Positions 35,595-44,574 of a stretch of DNA of 64,000 nt are shown in pieces. Below the pieces are notes generated by a model. The model saw nothing but the letters and a program-made list of their open reading frames with translations. It was not told the DNA's origin and searched no databases. The DNA is from Alphaproteobacteria bacterium UBA7314 (GTDB taxonomy: Bacteria > Pseudomonadota > Alphaproteobacteria > MPNO01 > UBA830). The position numbers and the translations under genes are program-made. Position 1 is the stretch's first letter; every line of letters starts with the position of its first letter. The stretch is from NCBI GenBank assembly GCA_002471575.1, contig DKQG01000046.1, forward strand, positions 20,043 to 84,042, in the 5' to 3' direction.

Positions 35595-36824
35595 TTATAC
35601 AGGGGGCTGGTAGTTAGGGAAGCGATCTGAAACATCAAGGTTGTAAAGTTTTCGCGCATTCTCACCGATGATGTTTTTCTTCTGCTTCTCGTCAAGGAAT
35701 GGCAGGTCCCAAATCACGCTCGGCACGTCCATATCCCAGTGCGGATAATCGGAACTCCAGCATAGCTGCGTTTCCGCATTTATCATCTTGAACGTCATTT
35801 CGAGTACATCCGGGTTATGCGGCATTTCCATTGGCTGAGACGAATAGAACATCTCGCCCATATATTCGCTGGGCAGGCGTTTCAGCAGCGGCGCTTCCGA
35901 CGACCGCATGCGGTAATCATTGTCGAGGCGCTGCATAAGCCATGGCACCCAGGCGAGCCCGGATTCGATCCACATCACATTCAGTTTAGGGAACCGTTCG
36001 GGCAGCCCGTTGGCAATCCAGTTACAAAGATGGACCGCGTTGAAGATTGTGAAGCCGAGCGCGTGGGTGACAAGGAAACGGTTGGTATTTCCAAGAAGTT
36101 GGTCGTTCCAGCTGTACGATCCGTGGAACGCCAAAGGCTTACCCATTTCCTCGATCAGGGAATAGGTTTTCATATACGCGTTGTCGTAGACCGGCTTGTA
36201 TCGGGTCGACACCACCATGAAGCCACACACGCCTTCACTGTCGCCGAAATCCTGAACCATCTTGTAGGTCGCATCCGGATCGTTGAAAGGCAGGTAAAGC
36301 ATCGTCTTGAGCCGCTTTTCTTCCTTCAGGATTTTTTCCGTCAGCCAGCGGTTATAGGCACGCGACATTACGGCTTCGTATTCCGGCACCGGGTGCAAGC
36401 CAAGCAACAGCATTGGGGTCGGGAACAACATGACGTAATCCACACCCATCGCGTCCATCCAGCGGAGTGACAGGTGGATATCTCGATGCGTATCGTCTTC
36501 GGGTGTTTCTTCCATTTTGCGCAACGGGTAGCGTGTAACCCGACCGGCTACGTCCTGCGAGCCGGGACTACCCATCATGAACGGGTTATTGGCACCAGTG
36601 CCTGCGCCAGAGTAGACCTGCGCGGTTCTGCGCAGCACCGGATCGTCGATAAATTCGACGATTTCCCTCATGGATTCGTTTTCGTAGTGATGACAATCAA
36701 CGTCGACGATCAGCACATCTTCAAGACCGCGTTGATCGCGCTGGCGTGCCGCGTTAATCATGAGTTTCGACGTATCGAACTCCGCGACGGACATCTTGTT
36801 AAGGTGATCTGTGGGGATTTCCAT
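35595..36824 (-). CDS. Amidohydrolase_2 family protein, copy B (tandem duplicate of copy A)
   Basis: 409 aa. It shares long identical runs with copy A, for example FMVVSTRYKPVYDNAYMKTYSLIEEMGKPL and FKMINAETQLCWSSDYPHWDMD. Confidence 0.85.
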   Translation of the reverse strand: MEIPTDHLNKMSVAEFDTSKLMINAARQRDQRGLEDVLIVDVDCHHYENESMREIVEFIDDPVLRRTAQVYSGAGTGANNPFMMGSPGSQDVAGRVTRYPLRKMEETPEDDTHRDIHLSLRWMDAMGVDYVMLFPTPMLLLGLHPVPEYEAVMSRAYNRWLTEKILKEEKRLKTMLYLPFNDPDATYKMVQDFGDSEGVCGFMVVSTRYKPVYDNAYMKTYSLIEEMGKPLAFHGSYSWNDQLLGNTNRFLVTHALGFTIFNAVHLCNWIANGLPERFPKLNVMWIESGLAWVPWLMQRLDNDYRMRSSEAPLLKRLPSEYMGEMFYSSQPMEMPHNPDVLEMTFKMINAETQLCWSSDYPHWDMDVPSVIWDLPFLDEKQKKNIIGENARKLYNLDVSDRFPNYQPPV

Positions 36825-36850
36825 GTCGCCCCTCCTTCATAAATAAATTC

Positions 36851-37231
36851 TTAACCGCTCGACCAGGCCTGCCACATACCCAATTCGAACAATTCAATAT
36901 TCACCGCCTGCAGCATGGCAGTCGACATGATCATGACAGATGTCACCGGCATCGCGCGACCGTTCAGGAAAGGATCCCAGCGCTCACCCTCCTGAAAACG
37001 CACCGTATAAAGTTTGGTGAGAGCATCTAGGCCTTCTTGGATCATCTCCGGTGACGGAGATTCCCCTTCTGGCAAATCGATCAGTTTCTGCGCTAGTTTT
37101 TTCAGAGCCTCGGTTTCATGATCGACATTGGCAAGCGGATCGCCAGTCTCTTGTGCGATCCGCGCAGTAGCCTTGCCATGAAATGGCGATTTGGCGAAAT
37201 CCTCGTCGCTGATCTCGTCAGAGGGTGACAT
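36851..37231 (-). CDS. Hypothetical protein (about 126 aa), no family recognised
   Basis: The ORF lies in operon context. The start is taken at MSPSDEISDEDF (37231), which overlaps the Rieske gene's 3' end by 14 nt. The track start is 37258. Confidence 0.5.
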   Translation of the reverse strand: MSPSDEISDEDFAKSPFHGKATARIAQETGDPLANVDHETEALKKLAQKLIDLPEGESPSPEMIQEGLDALTKLYTVRFQEGERWDPFLNGRAMPVTSVMIMSTAMLQAVNIELFELGMWQAWSSG

Positions 37232-37586
37232 AGACGCCGTCATCCTTTTCGACCACATCGTATTTCTTCAAACGGAATTTACGATCAGCCACCATATCTC
37301 CGGTCGCCAGATCAAATTCCCACCCGTGCCAGGGACAAACGATATGCATTTCGTCGTGGTTGAACGTCATGCCCTGATAGGTCTTGTCCTCGGCAATCAC
37401 CTCTTCTACCTTCGCCATCAACAGACCTTCACAGGCCGGTCCGCCTTGGTGCGGACATACATTCTGATAGGCGAACAGTTCGCCGTTCACACGATAGACC
37501 CCGATTTCGTAATTGCCGTTGGGGACGATCTTGCGGTCCCCGTCGGCCAGCTCGTCCGCTTTCGAGACAAACAGTTCCTTGGCCAT
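37218..37586 (-). CDS. Free-standing Rieske [2Fe-2S] domain protein
   Basis: The start at MAKELF is preceded by GGGGAGG. Cluster ligands are VCPHQGG and VCPWHGWEF. I count 43 residues between the ligand His of CPH and the Cys of CPWH. Confidence 0.85.
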   Translation of the reverse strand: MAKELFVSKADELADGDRKIVPNGNYEIGVYRVNGELFAYQNVCPHQGGPACEGLLMAKVEEVIAEDKTYQGMTFNHDEMHIVCPWHGWEFDLATGDMVADRKFRLKKYDVVEKDDGVYVTL

Positions 37587-37614
37587 TTTTTTCGCCTCCC
37601 CTTTTTTTACGTAA

Positions 37615-38487
37615 CTAGTTTGTGCCGACAACGCCTAGGCCGCCTGACGCCGTGGCGGCGGCTTTTTTGCCCTTGGTCGTGGTCGGTGCCATATGCCGAT
37701 TTACCCGGTCCTGCAGTCTTGTCATCCCGACATTCGCCGCCGCAGCCAACGCGAATATAATTAGTATGATCGCATACATTGGCGCGATCCGGAATTGTTC
37801 GTAGTAGATGCCGAGCCTGTACCCGAGACCACCATCGGCAAATTTCAGCTCCGCCACCAGCACCCCAATAACCGTGATCGCCATTCCCAGACGAAGCCCG
37901 GTGATCACCGGATTGACCATCGCAGGCATGTAGACCTTCGTGATCATCTGCCATTTATTCAGGTTGAATGTCTTTCCGACACGGATCAGTACTGGGTTAA
38001 TCAGGACCATGCCCAACGTGGTTGTGAATACGACCGGAAAGAAGGCGGAAAGCGAACCTTTTGCCATTTTGGATTCGATACCCGTTCCGAACATCAGGAA
38101 CAGGATCGGTAGAAAAATTATCTTGGGCGTCGAGCCGATGGCATTCAGGTAAGGCTCCAGCGCACCCCGGACCAACGGGCTGGTCCCCATCCAGATGCCA
38201 ACGAAAATGGCAATTATCGACCCGACAATAAAGCCGACGACATGCTCAGCGAAGGTAATACCTAGATCCCGGTAGAAACCGGCGGAGATCAGTTCCTCGT
38301 ATATCGCGACCACTATGTTCCAGATATGGGGCACCACGTCGTTGTACAGAACCCCCACCGTACCCAGCGTCGCGATGATTTCCCAAGCAAAAACTAGGCC
38401 AAGAGCAGTAAACAACCGTATGCGGCGAACAGACCCGTCCATCGACGGTACCGCAGGTTTTGCTTCAGTCACACCGGCCTGAGCCAT
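37615..38487 (-). CDS. ABC transporter permease (NitT/TauT family type)
   Basis: Six hydrophobic segments and an EAA-like loop region. It lies in an operon with an NMT1/SsuA-type binding protein and an ATPase. Confidence 0.85.
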   Translation of the reverse strand: MAQAGVTEAKPAVPSMDGSVRRIRLFTALGLVFAWEIIATLGTVGVLYNDVVPHIWNIVVAIYEELISAGFYRDLGITFAEHVVGFIVGSIIAIFVGIWMGTSPLVRGALEPYLNAIGSTPKIIFLPILFLMFGTGIESKMAKGSLSAFFPVVFTTTLGMVLINPVLIRVGKTFNLNKWQMITKVYMPAMVNPVITGLRLGMAITVIGVLVAELKFADGGLGYRLGIYYEQFRIAPMYAIILIIFALAAAANVGMTRLQDRVNRHMAPTTTKGKKAAATASGGLGVVGTN

Positions 38488-39233
38488 TTTTCAACCCTTC
38501 CGAAGCCCCAGTAGAAAAAGACGCTTACGAAAACAACAGCGATGATGCTGGCATAGGTGCCCGGCGTGTCAAATCGAAAATACATTTCCGAGACAATTCG
38601 TCCCAGTCCACCGAAATCGATCAGGTATTCGATCGCAACGATATTCACTAGCGTGTACATCACGCCGATCCGGATGCCTGTAAAAATTGTGGGAACCGCA
38701 CTGGGAAGCTGAATTTTCCAGAACATATCACGCTCCGAGACATTGAAGCTGCGTCCAACGTTCAACAGCGTCTTCGATACGCCCAACAATCCCTGTCGCG
38801 TCTGAATGATGATGGGTATTGCGCCGGGGATGAAGCCCATGGCGATCAGGGTCGCGTGGCTTCGCCCGAAGATAACCAGAAACAGCGGGTACAACAGAAC
38901 CGTAGGTGCGGCGAACGCAGCCGCCAGCCAGCCTTCATAGGCGACGCCGTAACGTGTATTTCGATAGAGAAAATAACCGAACGGCACCCCGATGATCAAT
39001 GCAAGCAGGGTCGCAGCTGCCGTCATGGCCAGGGTAACGAAGAAATTCCCGAACAGATCCATATCTGCCTGGACTTCGGGAAAGGCCAGAATGGTATCCG
39101 ATGGCCGGGGAACTACCAGTTGCATTACCCAGCCCGCATCGACGGAATATTCGAGTATCAGCGCGCACGCTAAAAGCCCGATCAGACCGACGACGATAGG
39201 CATCTTGTGCAGCTTGGACATGTTCCCCAGCAA
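38469..39233 (-). CDS. ABC transporter permease (NitT/TauT family type)
   Basis: 254 aa polytopic membrane protein and the second permease of the same importer. Its 3' end overlaps the downstream permease's start by 19 nt. Confidence 0.85.
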   Translation of the reverse strand: MLGNMSKLHKMPIVVGLIGLLACALILEYSVDAGWVMQLVVPRPSDTILAFPEVQADMDLFGNFFVTLAMTAAATLLALIIGVPFGYFLYRNTRYGVAYEGWLAAAFAAPTVLLYPLFLVIFGRSHATLIAMGFIPGAIPIIIQTRQGLLGVSKTLLNVGRSFNVSERDMFWKIQLPSAVPTIFTGIRIGVMYTLVNIVAIEYLIDFGGLGRIVSEMYFRFDTPGTYASIIAVVFVSVFFYWGFGRVEKWLRPV

Positions 39234-39259
39234 TCGGTTGTTTTTATAGGATCAGACGA

Positions 39260-40222
39260 TCAGGGCTTGTTGCCCATCGGATGAACCAATTCCTTCAACT
39301 GCGCGGCGGTCAGCAGTTTCTTGATCTTTTTGCTCTCGAGCGCGATCTGATTGATCTTATCGAGGCCCGCTACCGGCAGAAATGTCGTCACTTCGGCGGG
39401 CGTGTCCTGCGGCGCCGATTTGACATCCGCGAAATTGAGTTTCCAGCGCTTCGCGTAGGACCGGAGGCGCTTTTCACTGGTGTATGTCATCGCGCGGGCT
39501 TCTTTGAATGCCGTCATCATGCGCTTAGCAACGTCACGGTTTTTGTTTAGCCAGTTCACATTGGCCGCGATTACTCGGATCGTCACACCATTTAGTCCGG
39601 CTGCTTCCTTACCGGTACCGATGATCCGGATCTTGCCTTCCCGCAACAGATTTTTATTAAGCGGGAAGACAGACCAACCGGTCGCAACCTGACCGGACAT
39701 CAACTGGGTCCGGGAACCTGACGGTCCGCCAACCGACGTCAGTTTCGCCGGTAGTTTCAGGGCTTCTTTTATATAAATCGCGGCGAGATTGGTGGTCGAG
39801 CCGGGCCGCGAATAGGTAAACTCTTGCCCGGCCTTCAGGTCCTTGAACGACTTAATGGGACTGTCTGTCTTCACGTACCAGTATAGGTCCGGCACGCCGC
39901 GGATGTTGCTGCCGAGGATACGCACCGGCGCACCCTTGGCATACGCCGACAGCACGCCGAGAACGCCGTTGCCCCAGACGATGTCCTGGCTTCCGGTCAG
40001 AACAGCCTGCAATGAAGCGGCACCGCCGGAACCATGGATGACCGAAACATCGAGATTGTGCTTTTTAAAAATACCTTCTTCGAGTGCCGTATAGGGATGC
40101 TCGGTTTCGAACACCACTTTGGTGCTGTTGACAAGTCGCACCTTGTCCGCAGCGATGGCGGGTGCTGCCAGAACGGCACTCCCTGCGGCGGCTATTACCA
40201 GTGATTTCAACATCTTGGACAT
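39260..40222 (-). CDS. ABC transporter substrate-binding protein (NMT1/SsuA/TauA-like)
   Basis: Signal peptide MSKMLKSLVIAAAGSAVLAAPAIAADK. At 320 aa, the size and pattern match the NitT/TauT family binding proteins. Confidence 0.85.
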   Translation of the reverse strand: MSKMLKSLVIAAAGSAVLAAPAIAADKVRLVNSTKVVFETEHPYTALEEGIFKKHNLDVSVIHGSGGAASLQAVLTGSQDIVWGNGVLGVLSAYAKGAPVRILGSNIRGVPDLYWYVKTDSPIKSFKDLKAGQEFTYSRPGSTTNLAAIYIKEALKLPAKLTSVGGPSGSRTQLMSGQVATGWSVFPLNKNLLREGKIRIIGTGKEAAGLNGVTIRVIAANVNWLNKNRDVAKRMMTAFKEARAMTYTSEKRLRSYAKRWKLNFADVKSAPQDTPAEVTTFLPVAGLDKINQIALESKKIKKLLTAAQLKELVHPMGNKP

Positions 40223-40293
40223 TTTTTTCCTCCCGGGTTTTGTGTCCTTTAGTTCGACTCTAGTTCAAATACCGTTCGGTTGCGAACGGGTCT

Positions 40294-41100
40294 CTAAGTG
40301 GCGGCGATTTCGGCCTCCGCCTCTTCCATCCCGCGCGAGGCTTCTTCGCGCAGCAATGTCCATAATTTGCCGACGTAAGTACCGAATTCCGGCGTCGAAA
40401 TGACCTCCGAAGACCGGGGACGCGGCAGCTCAATGTTGATGATTTCCTTGATCGTACCCGGACGGTACGACATCACCACCACGCGATCGGACAACTGCAC
40501 AGCCTCCGTGATGTTGTGGGTGATCAGCAACATTGTCTGGTTCAACGCCGACCAAATTTCCAGCATCTTGTCGCCCAGCAGCATGCGGGTCTGTTCGTCC
40601 AGTGCACCGAAGGGTTCGTCTAGCAGCATGATACGGGGTTCATAGGCGAGTGTCCGTGCCACGGCGGTACGCTGCTTCATCCCGCCCGACAACTGCGCGG
40701 GAAAATGGTTTTCGAATCCGTCCAGCCCGACCAGCTTTATGAACTTGCGGGCAAGCGCGTCCCGCTCTTCCTTGCCGACCCCTTCGATTTCAAGCGGAAA
40801 CGCAACGTTATCAAGCGTTGTTCGCCAGGGGAATGTTGACTCCTCCTGGAAAACCACACCCACGTCCTTGTGCGCACCGTCCACCGGCCGGCCTTCGATC
40901 AGGACTTCGCCATGGTGATCGTCGATCAGACCGCCGATCACATTGAACAACGTAGATTTTCCGCATCCCGAAGGTCCGATGATCGAGACGAATTCGCCTT
41001 CAGCCACGTTCAGATCGACGCCGTCCAGCGCCACCACCGGGTTGTCGCTGTCGGCATTGTATGTCTTTGAGACTTTCTTGATCTCGAGAATATCAGCCAT
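40294..41100 (-). CDS. ABC transporter ATP-binding protein (NitT/TauT family type)
   Basis: Walker A GPSGCGKST, signature LSGGMKQR and Walker B MLLDEPFGALD are present. Confidence 0.9.
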   Translation of the reverse strand: MADILEIKKVSKTYNADSDNPVVALDGVDLNVAEGEFVSIIGPSGCGKSTLFNVIGGLIDDHHGEVLIEGRPVDGAHKDVGVVFQEESTFPWRTTLDNVAFPLEIEGVGKEERDALARKFIKLVGLDGFENHFPAQLSGGMKQRTAVARTLAYEPRIMLLDEPFGALDEQTRMLLGDKMLEIWSALNQTMLLITHNITEAVQLSDRVVVMSYRPGTIKEIINIELPRPRSSEVISTPEFGTYVGKLWTLLREEASRGMEEAEAEIAAT

Positions 41101-41111
41101 GGCGTCCCTCC

Positions 41112-42926
41112 TTAGCTCGCCTTACCGGTGGATGCTTCGCCGCTCGCGCGGGTTACCATCGGCGACGAATAACCCGGTTGCACCCGGACATCGATGAAAT
41201 ACGGCTCGCCGCTGGCAACTGCCGCGATACCTTTTTCAAGCGCACCCACGAGATCGCCGACCTTTTCAATCGGCCCGTCCGAGCGCACACCCTGCGAGCG
41301 AGCATAACCGGCGAGGTCGATTGGTGGGTCGTCGATCCGCTGACCGATCCAACGATTCTCCACCGGACGATTACGTTGCGTAGCCATCGCTTCCTGATGG
41401 ACTTCGTCGTTGAAGTTCGAACGATTATTGGAAATTATAATCAACACGGGTATCTGGTAATGCGCCGCCGTCCAAAGCGCAGACCCGCCCTGCATGAAAT
41501 CGCCATCGCCGAGAATTGCCACAGGGATACGGTCACTGTCCATGAGTGCCAGACCAACGCCGATTGCGCTGCCGGCCCCGTTGCCGAGACCGCCGCCACC
41601 ATCGTTGCCCAGATAATCCAGCGGATGACTGACTTCCCATGAATCCGCTGCCCAGCCCAACGGCACGCGGGTCAGCGTAATGTCATGGCCGCCGCGCGCT
41701 TCCTTTAAGGCGTAGGCAATATCCCTCGGCGCGATCGCTGAATCTGCTGATTTATTTTCCTCTTCCGGCGGCACCGCCTTTTCTTTCGCCGTTCCATCCC
41801 AGCGGGATTTACCGTCGAATTTCTTCTTCAGCGTGTCGAGCAACTGACCGGCAAACACATCTGGGTCTGCCAGAACCGGGATATCAGCGGGCGCCAGACC
41901 GAAGTGATCGGCACTCCATCCGTTGTGCACGTAGGAATCGACCGAACAGTTCACGATCCGGCCGGGAATACCACCCCTTGGCAAAAGCGGTTTCAGAGAA
42001 CCCGCCAGATCGACCCAGTCGAACACGACAACGGCATCCGCCTGCATCAGTTCTTCCTGGCCTATTGGACTGACCCAATTCGACGGCGCACCGACATGCA
42101 ATGCGTGCCCGGTGGGAAACGACGCGCGGTTCTTCAGATCGGTAATAACGCCGGCCCCAATTAGTTCGGCAAGATCAATCCTCTGCTGCCAGTCTTTCAT
42201 CGTTGGCGACATGCGTCCAAACATGAAAACCACGTTATTCGAAGTCGAAATCAATTCTGCAGTCGCATTAATTGCGTCGTCGGAAGCCGGTGGCGGATCG
42301 GCCAGCTGGAACCGCGCGACATCCGGGATGGTCACCTCGCCCTCCTTTAGCGGCGTTTCCTGCAGCCCTGCATCGAAGCAGACATAAACAGGTCCCTTAG
42401 GTGATTGCTGCGCCATGATATTGGCGCGCAGCATTGTCTCCACAATGGCCTCTGCAGAGCGCGGTTCGTCGTCGTATTTAACGTAGTTGCGCAGCAGCGC
42501 TCCTTGGTCCTTCGCGGTGTGAATCCAGTCAATCCAGGGACGTCGAAGCGGTGCATCGACCGGGCCCGTCGCGCCCATCACCAGGATAGGTGCACGGTCA
42601 CACCAGGCATTGAAGATACCCATCAGACCGTGCATTAGCCCGACATTTGAATGCAGGATCGCCCCCATCATTTCATCGGCAACCTTGGAATAGCCGTGCG
42701 CGATCGAGACCGCATGATCTTCATGCAGACAAAGCAACATCTGCGGTTCATCGTTGCCGAGATAATTGACCAGCGAGTCGTGAAATCCGCGATAACTCGC
42801 CCCCGGGTTTAGCGAAACGTATTTCACGCCAAGCTTTCTGAGCATCTCGGCGGAAACGTCGCTAACCCATTCCATCTGTTTGTTGTCGCCAGGAACGGGC
42901 CTGTCGAACTTACTGATGTCGTTCAT
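41112..42926 (-). CDS. Thiamine-diphosphate-dependent enzyme (604 aa)
   Basis: An N-terminal PYR domain (HEDHAVSIAHGYSKV...) and the C-terminal TPP motif GDGDFMQGGSALWTAAHY...NNRS are present. Confidence 0.9.
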   Translation of the reverse strand: MNDISKFDRPVPGDNKQMEWVSDVSAEMLRKLGVKYVSLNPGASYRGFHDSLVNYLGNDEPQMLLCLHEDHAVSIAHGYSKVADEMMGAILHSNVGLMHGLMGIFNAWCDRAPILVMGATGPVDAPLRRPWIDWIHTAKDQGALLRNYVKYDDEPRSAEAIVETMLRANIMAQQSPKGPVYVCFDAGLQETPLKEGEVTIPDVARFQLADPPPASDDAINATAELISTSNNVVFMFGRMSPTMKDWQQRIDLAELIGAGVITDLKNRASFPTGHALHVGAPSNWVSPIGQEELMQADAVVVFDWVDLAGSLKPLLPRGGIPGRIVNCSVDSYVHNGWSADHFGLAPADIPVLADPDVFAGQLLDTLKKKFDGKSRWDGTAKEKAVPPEEENKSADSAIAPRDIAYALKEARGGHDITLTRVPLGWAADSWEVSHPLDYLGNDGGGGLGNGAGSAIGVGLALMDSDRIPVAILGDGDFMQGGSALWTAAHYQIPVLIIISNNRSNFNDEVHQEAMATQRNRPVENRWIGQRIDDPPIDLAGYARSQGVRSDGPIEKVGDLVGALEKGIAAVASGEPYFIDVRVQPGYSSPMVTRASGEASTGKAS

Positions 42927-42930
42927 TCTT

Positions 42931-43224
42931 TCAGTAGCCCTGCGACGATGGATTAAGAAACGGAAAATAGCTGAACTGCCCCTGCGGAACTACCGGGGTC
43001 ATGGAGACGAGAATTTCCTCGCTGAGTTTGTCAAGGCTGTCGAGCGCTCGCCGGTCGCGGAGCAGAGAAATTTCCGTGTCAGCTCCACCAATCAGGTAGT
43101 TCCACGCACCAGGAGATAAGTTCCGGTGAGCAGCCACTCTGATTTCATGTAACGTGGCTAAATTGCTCACGTCCCCCCCCCCTGATAGCTGGGTTAAATC
43201 CCAGTCTTTAGCGCTAGAGATCAT
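42931..43224 (-). pseudogene. N-terminal fragment of an FMN-dependent alpha-hydroxy-acid dehydrogenase (lactate/mandelate/glycolate oxidase family)
   Basis: LHEIRVAAHRNLSPGAWNYLIGGADTEISLLRDRRALDSL matches the family N-terminus (from memory). Similarity stops after about 65 aa of an expected length near 380 aa, and the ORF then runs to a stop 5 nt before the TPP gene. Confidence 0.6.
43173..43182. repeat. Homopolymeric C10 (G10 on the coding strand) tract
   Basis: Counted directly: gtCCCCCCCCCCtgat. It lies inside the 5' part of the dehydrogenase fragment (codons SGGGD). Confidence 0.95.
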
Positions 43225-43497
43225 CTAGCGTGAATACCGTTCATACTAAAGGAGCCCTATCGCCCTGGCCATATTGAATTTTCATTTTTCAATCTTTTTT
43301 GTGTGCCCAATTGGTTCACTACAGCCGAGAATATTTTGATTTAAAATTGCCAAGACATCAAAGTCTCATAGTAAGCTTCTGTTTCTAATAGGAATTTGGG
43401 GCCTACAATCAATACAAATTAATAAGTGAGGCCTATACCTGTTTTGGTCGATAATAGGTTAGAATTGGGCGGCCATCAGATAAAGGAACAAAACGAC

Positions 43498-44568
43498 ATG
43501 AAACGTTTCTCGATAAAAATTGCAGCAGTCGCTCTGAGTCTCGGGGTTGTTGCCTGTGATGAGACACCCAAAGAAAAAGAGAGCAAGGTAGCACCGACAT
43601 CAAGCGTCGCTTCCGGGGGAACTCTAGATGACGTTAAGAAACGCGGGGTCCTACAATGCGGAATAAACACTGGGCTTGCGGGCTTTGCCTATACAGACGA
43701 CGCGGGAAAATGGGCAGGCTTTGACGTTGCCTACTGTCGAGCCTTAGCGGCTGCCGTTCTGGGGGATCCAGACAAAGTTAAATATGTAAATCTTACTGGG
43801 AAAAACAGGTTTCCTGCCCTTGCTTCAGGGGAAATTGATGTCCTTTCAAGGAACACCACCTGGACATTTTCTCGTGACGTAAAATTGGGATTTACGTTTA
43901 TAGGCGTCAGCTACTACGACGGTCAGGGTTTCATCGGACGTAAAAAGCTTGGTGTTAAAAGTGCCAAGGAACTTGATGGAGCCTCCATTTGTATTCAAAC
44001 CGGTACGACTACTGAACTTAACCTCGCTGATTTCTTTCGCGTAAATAAGATCAAATACGAGCCAGTACCGATTGAAACAAACGAGGAAGCTCGCAAGGCC
44101 TACCTTGCGGAACGTTGTGACGTCTACACAACCGACGCTTCTGGTCTTGCAGCGACAAAATCAACATTTTCAGACGCTGACAAGCATATGGTTTTTCCGG
44201 AAATTATCTCAAAAGAACCATTGGGCCCCTTGGTCAGGCAGGGCGATGATGCATGGGCAGACATCGCCCGTTGGACGCTTAATGCCCTTATCAATGCCGA
44301 AGAGTACGGCGTTACCAGTGCCAATATTGACCAGATGTTAAAAGGGACGAAAAACCCGGAGATTAACCGCATGCTCGGCACCGAGGGTAGCCTCGGTGAG
44401 ATGCTTGGCCTTCCGAAAGATTGGGCGGTAAAAGCACTCAAAGCCGGCGGAAATTATGGCGAGATTTTTGACCGTTATCTCGGTGAAAAGACACCGCTCG
44501 GTCTCTCCCGCGGTTTGAACGCTTTATGGAAAAACGGTGGAATTTTGTACGCACCACCGATGCGTTAA
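43498..44568 (+). CDS. aapJ: General L-amino acid ABC transporter substrate-binding protein (AapJ/BztA-like), probable lipoprotein
   Basis: The start at MKRFSIK is preceded by AAGGAA. The sequence LSLGVVAC looks like a lipobox. Blocks GVLQCGINTGLAGFAY, WAGFDVAYCRALAAAV and GEIDVLSRNTTW are AapJ-like. Confidence 0.85.
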   Translation: MKRFSIKIAAVALSLGVVACDETPKEKESKVAPTSSVASGGTLDDVKKRGVLQCGINTGLAGFAYTDDAGKWAGFDVAYCRALAAAVLGDPDKVKYVNLTGKNRFPALASGEIDVLSRNTTWTFSRDVKLGFTFIGVSYYDGQGFIGRKKLGVKSAKELDGASICIQTGTTTELNLADFFRVNKIKYEPVPIETNEEARKAYLAERCDVYTTDASGLAATKSTFSDADKHMVFPEIISKEPLGPLVRQGDDAWADIARWTLNALINAEEYGVTSANIDQMLKGTKNPEINRMLGTEGSLGEMLGLPKDWAVKALKAGGNYGEIFDRYLGEKTPLGLSRGLNALWKNGGILYAPPMR

Positions 44569-44574
44569 TTTTGT

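Noticed and set aside
41112-42926. The TPP enzyme next to a NitT/TauT-family ABC importer might be sulfoacetaldehyde acetyltransferase (Xsc), which would make this a taurine locus together with ald.
   Set aside because: The N-terminal and TPP-motif regions do not resemble the Xsc sequence as I remember it. No tpa, pta or tauR-like genes accompany it, and ald is 20 kb away under a different operator.
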